Part shown: positions 25,632 to 37,893 of the stretch, piece by piece
Layout: the number at the start of each line of letters is the position of its first letter
Numbering within the stretch: the stretch's first letter is position 1
Assembly: GCF_006345805.1 (NCBI RefSeq)
Contig: NW_021836149.1
Coordinates: forward strand, 149,022 to 213,021
Origin: Octopus sinensis
Taxonomy: Eukaryota
Direction: 5' to 3'
Length of the DNA: 64,000 bases
Position numbers and translations under genes: made by a program
Notes under the pieces: model-generated
What the model was told of the DNA's origin: nothing
The model's input: the letters and a program-made list of their open reading frames with translations, nothing else
The model's database searches: none

Positions 25632-26020
25632 CTAGCAGTATCTCTTGGCGTTGCTTGGGTTTGTTTCAACCCTTTAGAATTGGAATTTTTGGAAAGTAAA
25701 AATTTTGCATTATGTAGCTTATTCTCTTTAAGTGAACATTTTTCTGGTTGAAATACATCGAAAAATGGTGACACAGCAGTAAAAAAATCATAAAAAATAG
25801 GGATTTTCATAGGAAAAGAGCACCTTTTTGCTGTAAATAATTTTTGGTGTTAACACGGTCTGATTTGAATTTTTTCTTCTACGGAATTATGAGCAAGCCT
25901 TCTTCTATCATGCTTTCAATTTTGGTCAACTTGCACTGCAAGGTCTCGGAGGAGAGAGTATTAGTTGAAGGCTACAAAACCTGCAATACACAAACAACTT
26001 CAGCCTTATATATAGAGAGA
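25632..26020 (-). mobile_element. Non-autonomous Helitron-like element
   Basis: Minus strand begins A|TCTCTCTATATATAAGG and ends CCCAAGCAACGCCAAGAGATACTG-CTAG|T, giving TC...CTAG ends inserted in an AT dinucleotide without a TSD. Confidence 0.8.
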
Positions 26021-26976
26021 TTTAATAGTAAAGCTAACATAGTAAAATGACCCTCCTCTCGAGGTACAACAATATAACTAAGGTATTTATTCTATGATGT
26101 CTGATGTATTTATTCTCTCCCATATCATCTGAAAGAACTGCAAAATAATAATGAAGTTCCTTTTCTTTAGCTTATATCTGAGATTATTGTTAATTTAACA
26201 TTTCTATAATTGACATGTGCAATTCATATCTCTTCTTAGTATTGACTGATGAAATAAAGAAAGAAAAAAACTACAAAAGATTACAAAATTTCAGAATAAT
26301 TGTTCTTGTGTAGTTTGTTGAATTTCTTGTCAAAGAAACATGCAATTTGTATTAGTTTCCCATACACAGTCAATAAATTTAAAGTGTGTAGTAGTAGTAG
26401 TAGTAGTAGTAGTAAAAACTGCTCTTGAAATACAAACTCTCATGATAGTTTAGTTTCTTATGTATTTTCATTTCTCTCCTACAAATAATTCCAATATTTA
26501 ATCAAGTACACTTGAGCAATACTTCCAGGCAAAGATACACTGCAAATTATTGCTGAACGTAAAGGAATATTCAACCAGTGGCTGATTCAGATTACTAACT
26601 TTTCCATCAAGTACAAAATTCTAATCCAACACTTTCATTGAATATAAGAACAATAACTGGTCTTACAACGTCATAATTATCAGCAACAATGAAAATAATC
26701 ACTACAGTCTCTTTTCTTATATTGTAGGTATTCAATAGAGAATTATCTTTTCTATGGTCATTAGACTTAGACTTTATCCATACTTTAATGGATTTAGATA
26801 GGGTTTTAGGTAATCATACAAATCTCATTCCCTAGTAATCCTTTCATTCTGGTTTGTATATTATTGGTCTCTTTTGATTTCCTACTGAATTACAAGACAA
26901 AAACAGGACACAGTTTAAACATCTGCTGTTGACATAAGCATGTACATAGACAGGGTTAAAGACGCTCATACATTGT

Positions 26977-27278
26977 GGAGGCGCATCGCCTAGTGGTTAG
27001 GGCAGTGGACTCGCGGTTGAGGGATCGTGGGTTCGAATCTCAGACTGAGCGATGTCTGTGTTTATGAGTGAAACACCTAAGCTCCACACGGCTCCAGCAG
27101 AAGGTAATGGTGAACTTCTGCTGACTCTTTTACCACAACTTTCTCTCACTCTTTCCTCCTGCATCTTGCAGCTCACCTGCGACAGACCGGCGTCCCATCC
27201 AGGTGGGGAACGTATATGCCAAGGAAACAGGGAAACCGGTGCCTATGAGCCAGGCGTGGCTCGCGAGGGAACAAAAAC
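26977..27278 (+). mobile_element. Family D SINE with tail Y
   Basis: GGAGGCGCATCGCCTAGTGGTTAGGGCAG...GGTTCGAATCTC head; GGAAACCGG...ATGAGCC tail shared with 51706-52019. Confidence 0.85.
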
Positions 27279-27692
27279 ACTCATGCATTAACTCACACAT
27301 ACACGATGTCATCTTGAAGGATATAAAAGGACTGGCATGAGACTCCCAGTGATGGTGAGCACTTGTGAACCTGGTCAGCTCTATGCACAATAACACCCTT
27401 GGGACCACTAAAGGGGATGACTTCAGCCTCATCAAGTAAGAGCATGAAGCATTGGGATGTAATTGAATAGAATCCAAAAACACACATGCTGATACACACA
27501 CACACACACAAATACACACGCTGCAATTCAATCAGTAGTGAACACTACACCTATTAGAAAGTAAATGAATATGTCAATTTTTGCATTGAAGAGATTTTTA
27601 CCTTCTAAATTCATAATGCAATTTTTAATTGTAAAATATGAATGAATGGAGATATTGAAATGCGTGTAGACATTATGAAATTGATTGTTATA

Positions 27693-28083
27693 CTCTCTTT
27701 TACACTTCTACTTATTTCAGTCATTTCACTGTGGCCATGCTGGAGCACCACCTTTAGTTGAGAAAATCAACCCCAGGACTTATTCTTTGTAAGCCTAGTA
27801 CTTATTCTATCGGTCTCTTTTGCCGAACTGCTAAGTTACAGGGATGTAAACACACAACAATCGGTTATCAAGCAATGTGGGGGGCACAAACACAAACACA
27901 TAAACACACACACATACATATATATACATATGATGATGATGATGATGATACGACGGGCTTCTTTCAGTTTCCGTCTACCAAATCCACTCACAAGGCTTTG
28001 GTCAGCCTGAGGCTATAGAAGAAGACACTCGTCCAAGGTGCCATGCAGTGGGAATGAACCCAGAACCATGTGGTTGGTAAGCA
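27693..28083 (-). mobile_element. Family B SINE
   Basis: Reverse complement of the family B body; the central microsatellite includes (GAT)n. Confidence 0.9.
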
Positions 28084-28111
28084 CACAGACACACACACAC
28101 ATATATATATA

Positions 28112-28424
28112 GAAGCACTCCGTCGGTTATGACGACAATGGTCCCAGCTGATACAATCAACAGAACAGCTTGCTCATGAAATTTACGTGCAAGTGTCTGA
28201 GCAATTCACAGCTAAGTGTACCCTTAACGTAGTTCTCAGGGAGATTCAGTGTGACACAGAGTGTGACAAGGCTGGCCCTTTGAAATGCAGGTACTACTCA
28301 TTTTTGCCAGCTGAGTGGACTGGAGTAATGTGAAATAAAGTGTCTTGCTCAAGGACACAACACGTCACCAGAAATTGAACTCATGCCCTTACAATCGTGA
28401 GCTGAATGCCCTAACCACTAAGCC
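28112..28424 (-). mobile_element. tRNA-derived SINE (head E, CORE-like centre, tail X)
   Basis: Minus strand TGGCTTAGTGGTTAGGGCATTC...GAGTTCAATTTC...GTGTCCTTGAGCAAGACACTT, then the same tail as 11895-12276. Confidence 0.82.
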
Positions 28425-28683
28425 AGTTTATGTGAAACGTCTTTTGAGTGTATTCATGCACAACTAAAGCATGGAGTTTGGGGAAACATATGTAGCAATG
28501 CACTAATAGATTTATGAATTTCCAACCAAAAGTTCTTGCTATCACTGTACATACATATATATATATATATATATATGAGAGGAATTACCAATTTACTGAA
28601 CCTTCAGATTTTAATATACTAGACCACTGGTTCTAAATTGATGTTAGTCAAATTAATATCCAATTTTTCACCCTCATTTTAAA

Positions 28684-28718
<35 letters not shown>

Positions 28719-29026
28719 CAACAGATGGATAATGGTTCATTCACTACAGCTGTTTCCAATGAGTTTTTTTTATTGATGAATAGAAAAAAAAATTCATCAG
28801 TTGAATGTATACAGATTACACATTTAAGACATTCCAAAAGTCACCAATTTGTGCTACTTCATGATTTTTTTACTAGTGATAGTCAAAAGAATTGTAATAT
28901 ACATGATTCCTTTTGTTTGACCTGGTCAGATGCTTAATCATTTAAGTACCTGATTCACTTAAAACCTGAACTCTTATATATATGTATGTTTGGATTAACT
29001 TTATTTATTTATATATATATATATAT

Positions 29027-29235
29027 AGTTAATCCAAACACGAACAAAGAGAAAACACAACAATGCGAGGACGTGGAACAAGTATAGTGTTATTGAACAC
29101 TCAAGAAAGGAAATAAAGAAGGAGGATTTAACGTTTTGAGCAGAGCTCTTCATCAGAAATATAGGAAAAGAGAAAAGTCCAAGGAAGGGAAGACGGAGAA
29201 AGAAAATCGCCAACGATACACACACAGTCACATAT
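29027..29235 (-). mobile_element. PLE-like terminal repeat containing a minimal hammerhead relic, bounded by (TA)n
   Basis: Minus strand 29160-29126 reads ATTT-CTGATGA-A-GAGC-TCT-GCTC-AAAA-CG-TT-AAAT. Confidence 0.65.
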
Positions 29236-29764
29236 TGAATATATATATATATATAGAGAGAGAGAGATAGAGATACATATATGTGTTATATGATGTTAAT
29301 GTACAAGTCACAGGAGATTAAAGTAGTTAGATGAAGTCACACAAAGGATAATTAGAGGATATATTATGAATTTAGTTATTCAAGTTGAAATGATACAATC
29401 TATGAAGAATGGGAAGTATGCTAATGCGAAAACTGTCTCAAAGAAATGTTATGTCAGTAACGATGATAATAATTACATTCTAATCAAGATTAGTGCCTTC
29501 AGTACCTAAATTGAATTTGAAAATTGTAACATATTTTCAAGAAATGGCTGAATTTAAATAGCCAACTAACTCGTTGATTTACTGTTAATGACCAGAGGAA
29601 ATGCAATACATACTCCTTATGAGAATGAGATTAAATTACAATCCTTCAATGAACTTAACTACAAGAGATTCCAGCATAGCTCATTACCTAAACATGAAAT
29701 AATGTGAGAAGAATTAAATAATGAATGGATAAAATAGTTAAATACTTGAATCTTATAAATCCGT

Positions 29765-30147
29765 GTGCACACACACACACATGCACACACAAGCACACAC
29801 ACAAACACACACACGCACATATGAGTGCAAGAATACATGCATTTACACACTCACACAAACACAAGCACTCACACAAACACACAAACACACACACAAACAC
29901 ACACACACAAACACAAGCACTCACACAAACACACACACACAAACACAAGCACTCACACAAACACTCACACAAACACGCACACACAAACACAACACTCACA
30001 CAACACAACACACACACACCAAACACAAGCACTCACACAAAACACACCACACACACACAAACACAAGCACTCACACAAACACACACACACACAAACACAA
30101 GCACTCACAACAAACACAAGCACTCACACAAACACCACACACACACA

Positions 30148-30193
<46 letters not shown>

Positions 30194-30624
30194 AGCACTC
30201 ACACAAACACACACACACACACACACAAACACAAGCACTCACACAAACCACACACACACAAACACAAGCACTCACACAAACACACACACACACAAACACA
30301 AGCACTCACACAAACACACACACACACAAACACAGCACTCACACAAACACACACACACACAAACACAAGCACTCACACAAACACAACACACACACACAAA
30401 CACAAGCACTCACACAAACACACACACACACAAACACAAGCACTCACACAAACACACACACACACAACACAAGCACTCACACAAACACAAGCACTCACAC
30501 AAACACACACACACACACAACACAAGCACTCACACAAACACACACACACACAAACACAAGCACTCATACAAACACACACATGCACATGTGAGTGCAAGAA
30601 TACATGCATTTACACACTCACACA
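29765..30624. repeat. CA-rich higher-order minisatellite (unit ~ACAAACACAAGCACTCACAC plus variable CA)
   Basis: Direct inspection; bounded by a 43-bp direct repeat at 29815-29857 and 30582-30624. Confidence 0.96.
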
Positions 30625-32246
30625 GCTCTACACACATAAAGTTAATCTGTCTTGAGCCTACATGGTCATTAGGCTGAAGCTTGTTCCAGTTTACTAAGCA
30701 TGTAAAGGCTTCTTTCACTGAACTCCAGGCTTACTGAAGTAATACTTTCAAGGGGTTTTAGCCAATTATATTATTGTCAGTAATTGGTACTTATTCAATT
30801 GACCTCTACTTGTCAAGCCACTAAGAAGTGCAACATGAAATGCAAAACTAGTTTTGTTTTGACCACTATAAATGTAAGCACATACACTACATATATATTA
30901 ATATGTATTAGAATGAGTACTTAATTAAGAATTAACCCCAATTTGTCAACCTACAAAAAGACTTTGGTAGGGTTCCATGCTTTGCAATTAGGTGGTCACT
31001 AAGGACGCTCAAGTTAGCTGAATGGTTTGTAAACATTTCACAAGTCGTGCAGTGAATAATTAAGAAAAAAAAGCCCTTATCCAAGTGGTGTTAAATTATG
31101 ATATAAATGCTTTCTTGTTCTCTATTTGTCTGTTCTTATACAGAAGTAAAAAAAACAATCAAAACCATTTATTTTTATTTCCACAACAAATTATTTTCTA
31201 ACATCCCTCTCTCTCTCTTTCAGAGAAGCACTGAGCAGCTATACGCACACATACACACACGGCAGTAACTTCCACCTACCGAATTCAATCACAAAGCTCC
31301 GGTCGGCTCAGGGCTATAGTGGACGACAACTACCCAAAGTGCCACGCAGTGGGACTGAATCCCAAACCATGTAGCTAGGAAGCAAGCTCCCTAACCACAC
31401 AGCCATACCCATTAATAATAATATGATAAGCTCATTGGATTCTGTCAAACCATCTAACTCATGCCAGCATGGGAGACAGACATTAAATGATGATGATGAT
31501 GTTGATGATATGTTATATCTTCTTTTATCCTTTTATTCTTTGATTTGTTTCAATCACTGGATTGTGGCCATGCTGGGGCACTCTCTTGAAGGCTTTTTTA
31601 GTCAAACAAATCAATCCCTGTTCTTACATTTTTAAGTCATGCACTAATCTTATGAATCTCTTTTACTAAACCACTAGGTTATGGGGATATAAACAAACCA
31701 ACGTCAGTCGTCAAGCTGCAATGGTGGGAAACAAGCTCACATTGATCCAAAGTCAGTGAGATGAGAGTCAGCAATGAGTTAAGCCATGAATTTGTCATTC
31801 AGGTAGAAGTTTATTCGGGTTCAGGTAGAGATTTATTAGCCCCCTTTTTTTTTTATTCATTATTGTCCTCAAATCTATGACTGGCTGCTGATGGAAACTC
31901 CTGTAAGTTGGTGACATGGTTCTTATTGCTGAACCTGTGGTATAATTAAAGAAATTCTTGATATGGGGTAAAAACTAGAATCAAGTGACTTGAAAGAAAA
32001 CTAAGCAAATTCTAAAGTATTAGGAAAGAAGACAGTACATAGCTACTATCAGTGAAATGACCCCTAATTGATGATATGTAGAAAAGGAGATGGTAGAAAG
32101 ACAATGCAGTAAAATCAAGGTAAACGATAGACATTCAAGAACTGTAGTGTAATCACAAATAGGTGAATAGAGAAGGTATATTTCACAGGTGGCAGGTGCA
32201 TGGTGGCAAAAAGCACTAAATGCACAAACAGAATAGACGTTTTTAA

Positions 32247-32693
32247 CCCTTTCGTTACCAACCCGGCTGAAAAAGGTTCTGGCCCTGTAGTACAAATTGT
32301 CTTGTTTTCATAAGTTTTGAATTAAAATCTTCCACCAAACCTTAGTCACAATTTATGTTCCTAGCACTAGCTGAATGATAACTAAGTTATTTTATTAAAT
32401 TCTTTGTTATATTTAACCCTTTCATTACCGTATTTATCTTGAGATGCTCTGCGTTTCTTTCAATTATTTTAAATATAACAAAGAATTTAGTAAAATAACT
32501 TTGTTATCATTAAACTAGTGTTGGGAACATAAATTGTGACTAAGGTTTGGTGGAAGATTTTAATTCAAAACTTATGAAAACAAGACATTTGTACTACAGA
32601 GCCACAGCCGGTTTCAGCCAGGTTGGTAATGAAAGGGTTAAAGTAATTTTAAAAAACACAGAGTATCTCAAAATAAATACAATAACGAAAGGG
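32247..32693. mobile_element. piggyBac-type MITE (minus) with a second copy (32417-32637, plus) nested in an internal TTAA
   Basis: TTAA at 32243, 32413, 32638 and 32694 each abuts a CCCTTTC or GAAAGGG terminus. Confidence 0.95.
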
Positions 32694-32719
32694 TTAAATG
32701 CTAGAGTGGATCTCTGGTA

Positions 32720-32945
32720 GTAGGTGATTGCTTTTGATCTAATTAGCAGTGGGATGGGATCTTCTGAACATAGAGTAACCAAGGTAAGAATGAATTGGGA
32801 AAAGCTTAGCGAGTCATTAAATCTTCTGGTAACAAAGGGTTACTTTCTTAGAAGGAAGGACTGCTTGTGTATGGAGAACAATACTGAATAACAGTGAGAT
32901 GTGGGCTTTCAAAGCAGAGAATCTACAAATACTAGACAGAAATTA
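32720..32945 (+). mobile_element. Decayed RTE ORF2 fragment
   Basis: DLISSGMGSSEHRVTKVRMNWEKLSESLNLLVTKGYFLRRK...SEMWAFKAENLQILDR resembles YLGD.IS..GG...RIR..W.KF..L...SETW. Confidence 0.65.
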
Positions 32946-33153
32946 AACATGTTTTTTTTTTCTGCTGAATATGTAATAGTGCACATGAATGACAGCTCAT
33001 AAATATGCAAATAGGAAAACTGAACTCAAGTGGAGTCAGATGTAATGTACAAGAAAGAAGACAGTTTCCCACTCAATCTCTATTTCTTCGTCCACTTGCT
33101 GACTCCATAACCCCCTTCTCTCTTTCTCTCACTACCCCTCTCTCTCTCTCTCC

Positions 33154-33192
<39 letters not shown>

Positions 33193-33254
33193 CCTACCTA
33201 TTTATCTATCTATACCTACCTACCTACCAGCATGGGAGACAGACATTAAATGAT

Positions 33255-33862
33255 GATGATATCTTCTTTTATTCTTTGATTTGTTTCAGTCACTGGATTG
33301 TAGCCATGCTGGGGCACTCTCTTGAAGGCCTTTTTAGTCAAACAAATCAATCCCTGTACTTACATTTTTAAGTCATGCACTAATGACTTTCTTTTACTAA
33401 ACCACTAGGTTAAGGGGATGTAAACAAACCAACGTCAGTCATCAAGCAGCTGTGGTGGGAAACAAACTCACATTAATATAAATATACACATATAAATGAC
33501 AGGCTACTTTCAGTTTCTTATTTCTTTATTGCCCACAAGGGGTTAAACATAGAAGGGGACAAACAAGGATAGATAAAGGGATTAAGTCAATTACATCGAC
33601 CCCAATGCCTAACTGGTACTTAATTTATCAACCCCGAAAGGATGGAAGGCACAGTCAACCTCGGTGGAATTTGAACTCAGAACATAATGGCAGACAAAAT
33701 AATGCTAAGCATTTCACCCGGCATGCTAACATTTCTGCCTATCAAATCTAGTCAAAAGTTTTTGGTCAACCTTATGCTATAATAGAAGACACTTGCCCTA
33801 GGTGCCATGCAGTGGGACTGAACTTGGAACAATGTGGTTGTGAAAAATACTTCTTACCACTG
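33255..33862 (-). mobile_element. Family B SINE interrupted by a family C SINE (33519-33739)
   Basis: The family B sequence CTTTCAGTTTCT|GCCTATCAAATC is split by TATTTCTTTATTGCCC...CATTTCTGCC. Confidence 0.88.
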
Positions 33863-34332
33863 ATAGGTATATTCACTTTCCTCTGTTTTCTCTATCCTTG
33901 ACTTTTTGCTGCTAACTGTGTGGCCACATGTATTACTGCATATGCATGTCAGAAAGAGAGTTTAATCATATTAAGCAATTTCTTTAGCTCTAGTATATTC
34001 ACAATCGGTAATGTTAAAAATCATTATTATTATTAATATATGTTACAAAAGAATTTGTTGTGGAAATAAAAATAAATGGTTTTGATTGTTTTTTTACTTC
34101 TGTATAAGAACAGACAAATACAGAACAAGAAAGCATTTATATTATAATTTAACACCACTTGGATAAGGAGTTTCTTTTTCTTAATTATTCAAGTTTATTG
34201 TATATTATTTAACTTCAAATTTTTGTTTGCAATACTATAATGATGAAATAAAACCAAACTTAAAACCAAATTAATAAATCTATGTTATTAAATGTATATA
34301 ATATAATATATTATAAAATAGTATGATATTAA

Positions 34333-34380
<48 letters not shown>

Positions 34381-34384
34381 CCAA

Positions 34385-34417
<33 letters not shown>

Positions 34418-34527
34418 CCATATACATTATGTATTTATACACATATCAATATGAATATGTTTGTGTATATATATATATATATTATGAATGTATACATATA
34501 GATACATATATATCATACACACATATG

Positions 34528-34559
<32 letters not shown>

Positions 34560-35709
34560 CATATGCATGTTTGTGTGTGTATATATATGTATATATAAGC
34601 TACACCATTAGAATTTGAGATAATATGAATAGTGAATTTTGAAAAAAAAATTATTTTAGAGATAAAGTGAATTTTCTGTGAAATATGTAACATTTGAAAA
34701 TAACATTTACAAATACCAAATTCAATATTCAATAAGTAAGTGAAAAGAAAATGAGATGAAATAGATATATTTGTTCAAGTAACTATTTTTAATACAATTC
34801 TTAACCATTAAGATAGAGAAGAACAGAAATATAGTCTGGCATGTTTCCATATGAATATATAGGTAGGAGTATTTGATTTTTAACTTTACATACCTATGTG
34901 CATATATATAAATACACACTCATGCACACACATATATACGCATATATATATATGCATGTGTTTGTGTGTGCTTGTGTGTACATGAACACCACATTCTTAT
35001 ATATACATATATATATAATAGGTTTCTTTCATGCTCCATCTTCCAATTCTATACCAAATCTTTGGTTCCCCAACGTGCCATGCTGCTGAGGATTGAAATC
35101 AAAACCACCCAGTGGGGAAGCAACCCTTTGAATAACACAGACATGTTTGCACCTATATGCATACTTCTCTCTCTCTCTCTCGATATATATATATATATAT
35201 ATTAAAGAAATGGTATAAGTAATGGTCTTTACATATTCTTTTATTCTTCAAATATCACAGTATAAATCTAAAGCTTATAAAGTATTTTGCCCAGATTGAT
35301 AATCCCTCATTAATAGCACTTTATTGTATTATACATATATCATCATAATCATCATGTAGTTTTTTGTATATTGCACTACCCATGAAGGGTTATGGCCGTG
35401 CTTTTACCACCTCCATCATGTTGACATTTATAGGTGTAAATGTGAATATACATGTATTATAGTATGTGTGATAGGTAAGTGTGGATTTCATTTCGAATGG
35501 GTTTGATGTTTTAGTAGCATTTTAATGTTCAATATTAGCTAAATTTTAAAGGATAAATTTCTAAGCACATGAACTATGCATCTTTTAAAGTAAGTTTGTT
35601 TGCATTTGAGAATACTTAAACATTGTCCTCAAGTAAGTCAAATAAGTAATTTCTTTTTAGCAGTTCTATATATCTCATAAGAAAGAACAATAATATTATA
35701 TATATATCT

Positions 35710-36240
35710 CATCATCATCATCATTTAACGTCTGTTGTCCATGCTGGCATGGGTTTGATGGTGTGACCTGAGCTGGCAAGTTGGGAAGTAGCACCTGACT
35801 CTAGTCTGATTTGGCATGGTTTCTATAGCTGGATGTCCTTCTTAATGCCAACCACTTTACAGTGTGTGTTGGATGCTTTTACATGGCACCTCACAGGCAC
35901 TTTTAAGTTTTTCCACATGGGTACCTTTACATGTCACAAAATGGTTGCCTTTATGTGGCACCACAGTGGTGCTTTTATGTGGTACTGCCACATGGGATTT
36001 ACACCACCAGAAGGATCGGTCTTAACACTTCTCCTGGAGAGTATGGTTCTTCTTGAGTATGGCCAGGCACCAGGTACCTCAGTCCTTTGTCATCTCATTT
36101 GAGGTTTCAGCTTCCAAGGTCATTCCTTAGTACCTCATCCGATGTTTTCTTGAGCCTCCCACTTCCGCATGCTCTATCTACTTTGAGAGATTGGCACTTC
36201 TTTATGAAAAAGCAGCATTTTAGACTTACAACACTCTTGC
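35710..36240 (-). mobile_element. RTE LINE 3' end: ORF2 C-terminus plus the family A 3' UTR
   Basis: KKCQSLKVDRACGSGRLKKTSDEVLRNDL matches the GRGRP.KTW.E.V..DL motif and continues into the family A modules and (GAT)n tail. Confidence 0.82.
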
Positions 36241-36564
36241 ATAATAGCAACGATATGTACGTACTTGTGTGTCTGTGATTGCACCCCACCACCATCACTC
36301 GACAACTGATGTTGGCATGTTTATGTCCCTAGCAGTTTGGCAAAAGAGACTGATAAAATAAGTACTAGGCTTACAAAGAATAAGTCTTGGGGTCGATTTG
36401 TTTGACTAAAAAAAGGCAATACTACAACATGGCTGCAGTTAAATGACCGAAACAAATAAAAGAATATATATATATATATATATTGTGCCTTCATAACTCA
36501 TTTCTAATGTGCACATTTTTGAACAATAAAGTTCTCGAAAAATACCATGTCTATAATATTCTTT

Positions 36565-36770
36565 TCTACTATAGGCACAAGGCCCAAAATTTTAGGGTAG
36601 GGGCCAGTCGATTATATCTACTCCAGTACGCAACTGGTACCTAATTTATCAACCCTGAAAGGATGAAAGGCAAAGTCGACGTTGGCAGAATTTGAACTCA
36701 GAACGTAAAGACAGATGAAATACCACTAAGCATTTTGCCCAGTGTGCTGATGTTTCTGCCAACTTGCAAC
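36565..36770 (-). mobile_element. Family C SINE (C2 tail)
   Basis: Reverse complement of the family C head and body with the GGGCCTTGTGCC tail. Confidence 0.85.
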
Positions 36771-37482
36771 CTTACTCTGTGTATAATATTGCATATATTT
36801 TGGGTTTATTTTTTGCAAGTATTTTGATGTATGTGAAGGCACATGGCCTAGTGGCTAGGGGTGTTGTACTCATGATCAAAAGATTGTAGTTTCAATCCCC
36901 AGACTGGCAGTACATTGTATTCTTGAGCAAAATACTTCATTTCATGTTATTTCAATGATGAACTGATGTTCCATTCAGGAATAATGTTTGCCTGCTATCC
37001 TAGCGAAAGCAGTGTCATCATTCAAAAGCTACAACAAAGAGATGTAATGCATTCTGGCCAGTGGTGAATAAGAACATCTAACAGTCTGGTTGATACAGTC
37101 ATACAGTGATTTTATATGTAGAAAATGTTTTTAATCTGTTGCAGTCTGAAAAGTTCATATGCTCTCAAATTTGAAACTGACCTTTGAACTGAACCAGTAC
37201 AGGCAGTAAAATTGTAACCTGGTGTTAATTGAAACTGTGGAAAGTCAACCAGTAAGGACAGGATATGAAAAACATATAATGAAGAATATAAACACTTCTG
37301 TTTAATATTTTTAATAACGTTTTCTTTCAATAGAAATATTTATGGCGATGATTCATTATATAATTTTCGTATTTATGAAACAAAATTGTTTTTCTTGTTT
37401 GTTTCTTTTCAGATATTTACACTTTGATAGATTACACTATGTATTAGCCTTATTGGTTATTTATTAAATTAATTTTCACATT

Positions 37483-37893
37483 CGTAGGAGTGGCTGTGTG
37501 GTAAGTAGCTAGCTTACCAACCACATGGTTCTGGGTCCAGTCCCACAGCATGGCACCTTGAGCAAGTCTCTTCTACTATAGTCTTGGGCCAACCAAAGCC
37601 TTGTAAGTGGATTTGATAGAGGGAAACTGAAAGAAGCCCGTCGTATATATATATATATAAATAAATATATATATATATACATATGTATGTGTGTGTATGT
37701 TTGTCCCCACAACATCGCTTGACAACCGAGGCTGGTGTGTTTACGTCCCTGTAACTTAGCAGTTCGGCAAAAGAGACCGATAGAATAAGTACTAGGCTTA
37801 CAAAGAATAAGTCCTGGCATCGATTTGCTCGACTAAAGGCAGTACTCAAGCATGGCCACAGTCAAATTACTGAAATAAGTAAAGAGTAAAGAG
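37483..37893 (+). mobile_element. Family B SINE, full length
   Basis: Head, centre, TA microsatellite and (GTAAAGA)n tail are all present. Confidence 0.92.

Larger units (their letters stand above)
31053..34191. repeat. Inverted pair of 152-bp segments (31053-31204 and 34040-34191)
   Basis: TGAATAATTAAGAAAAA...CCACAACAAATT is the reverse complement of AATTTGTTGTGG...TTCTTAATTATTCA with few mismatches. Confidence 0.92.
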
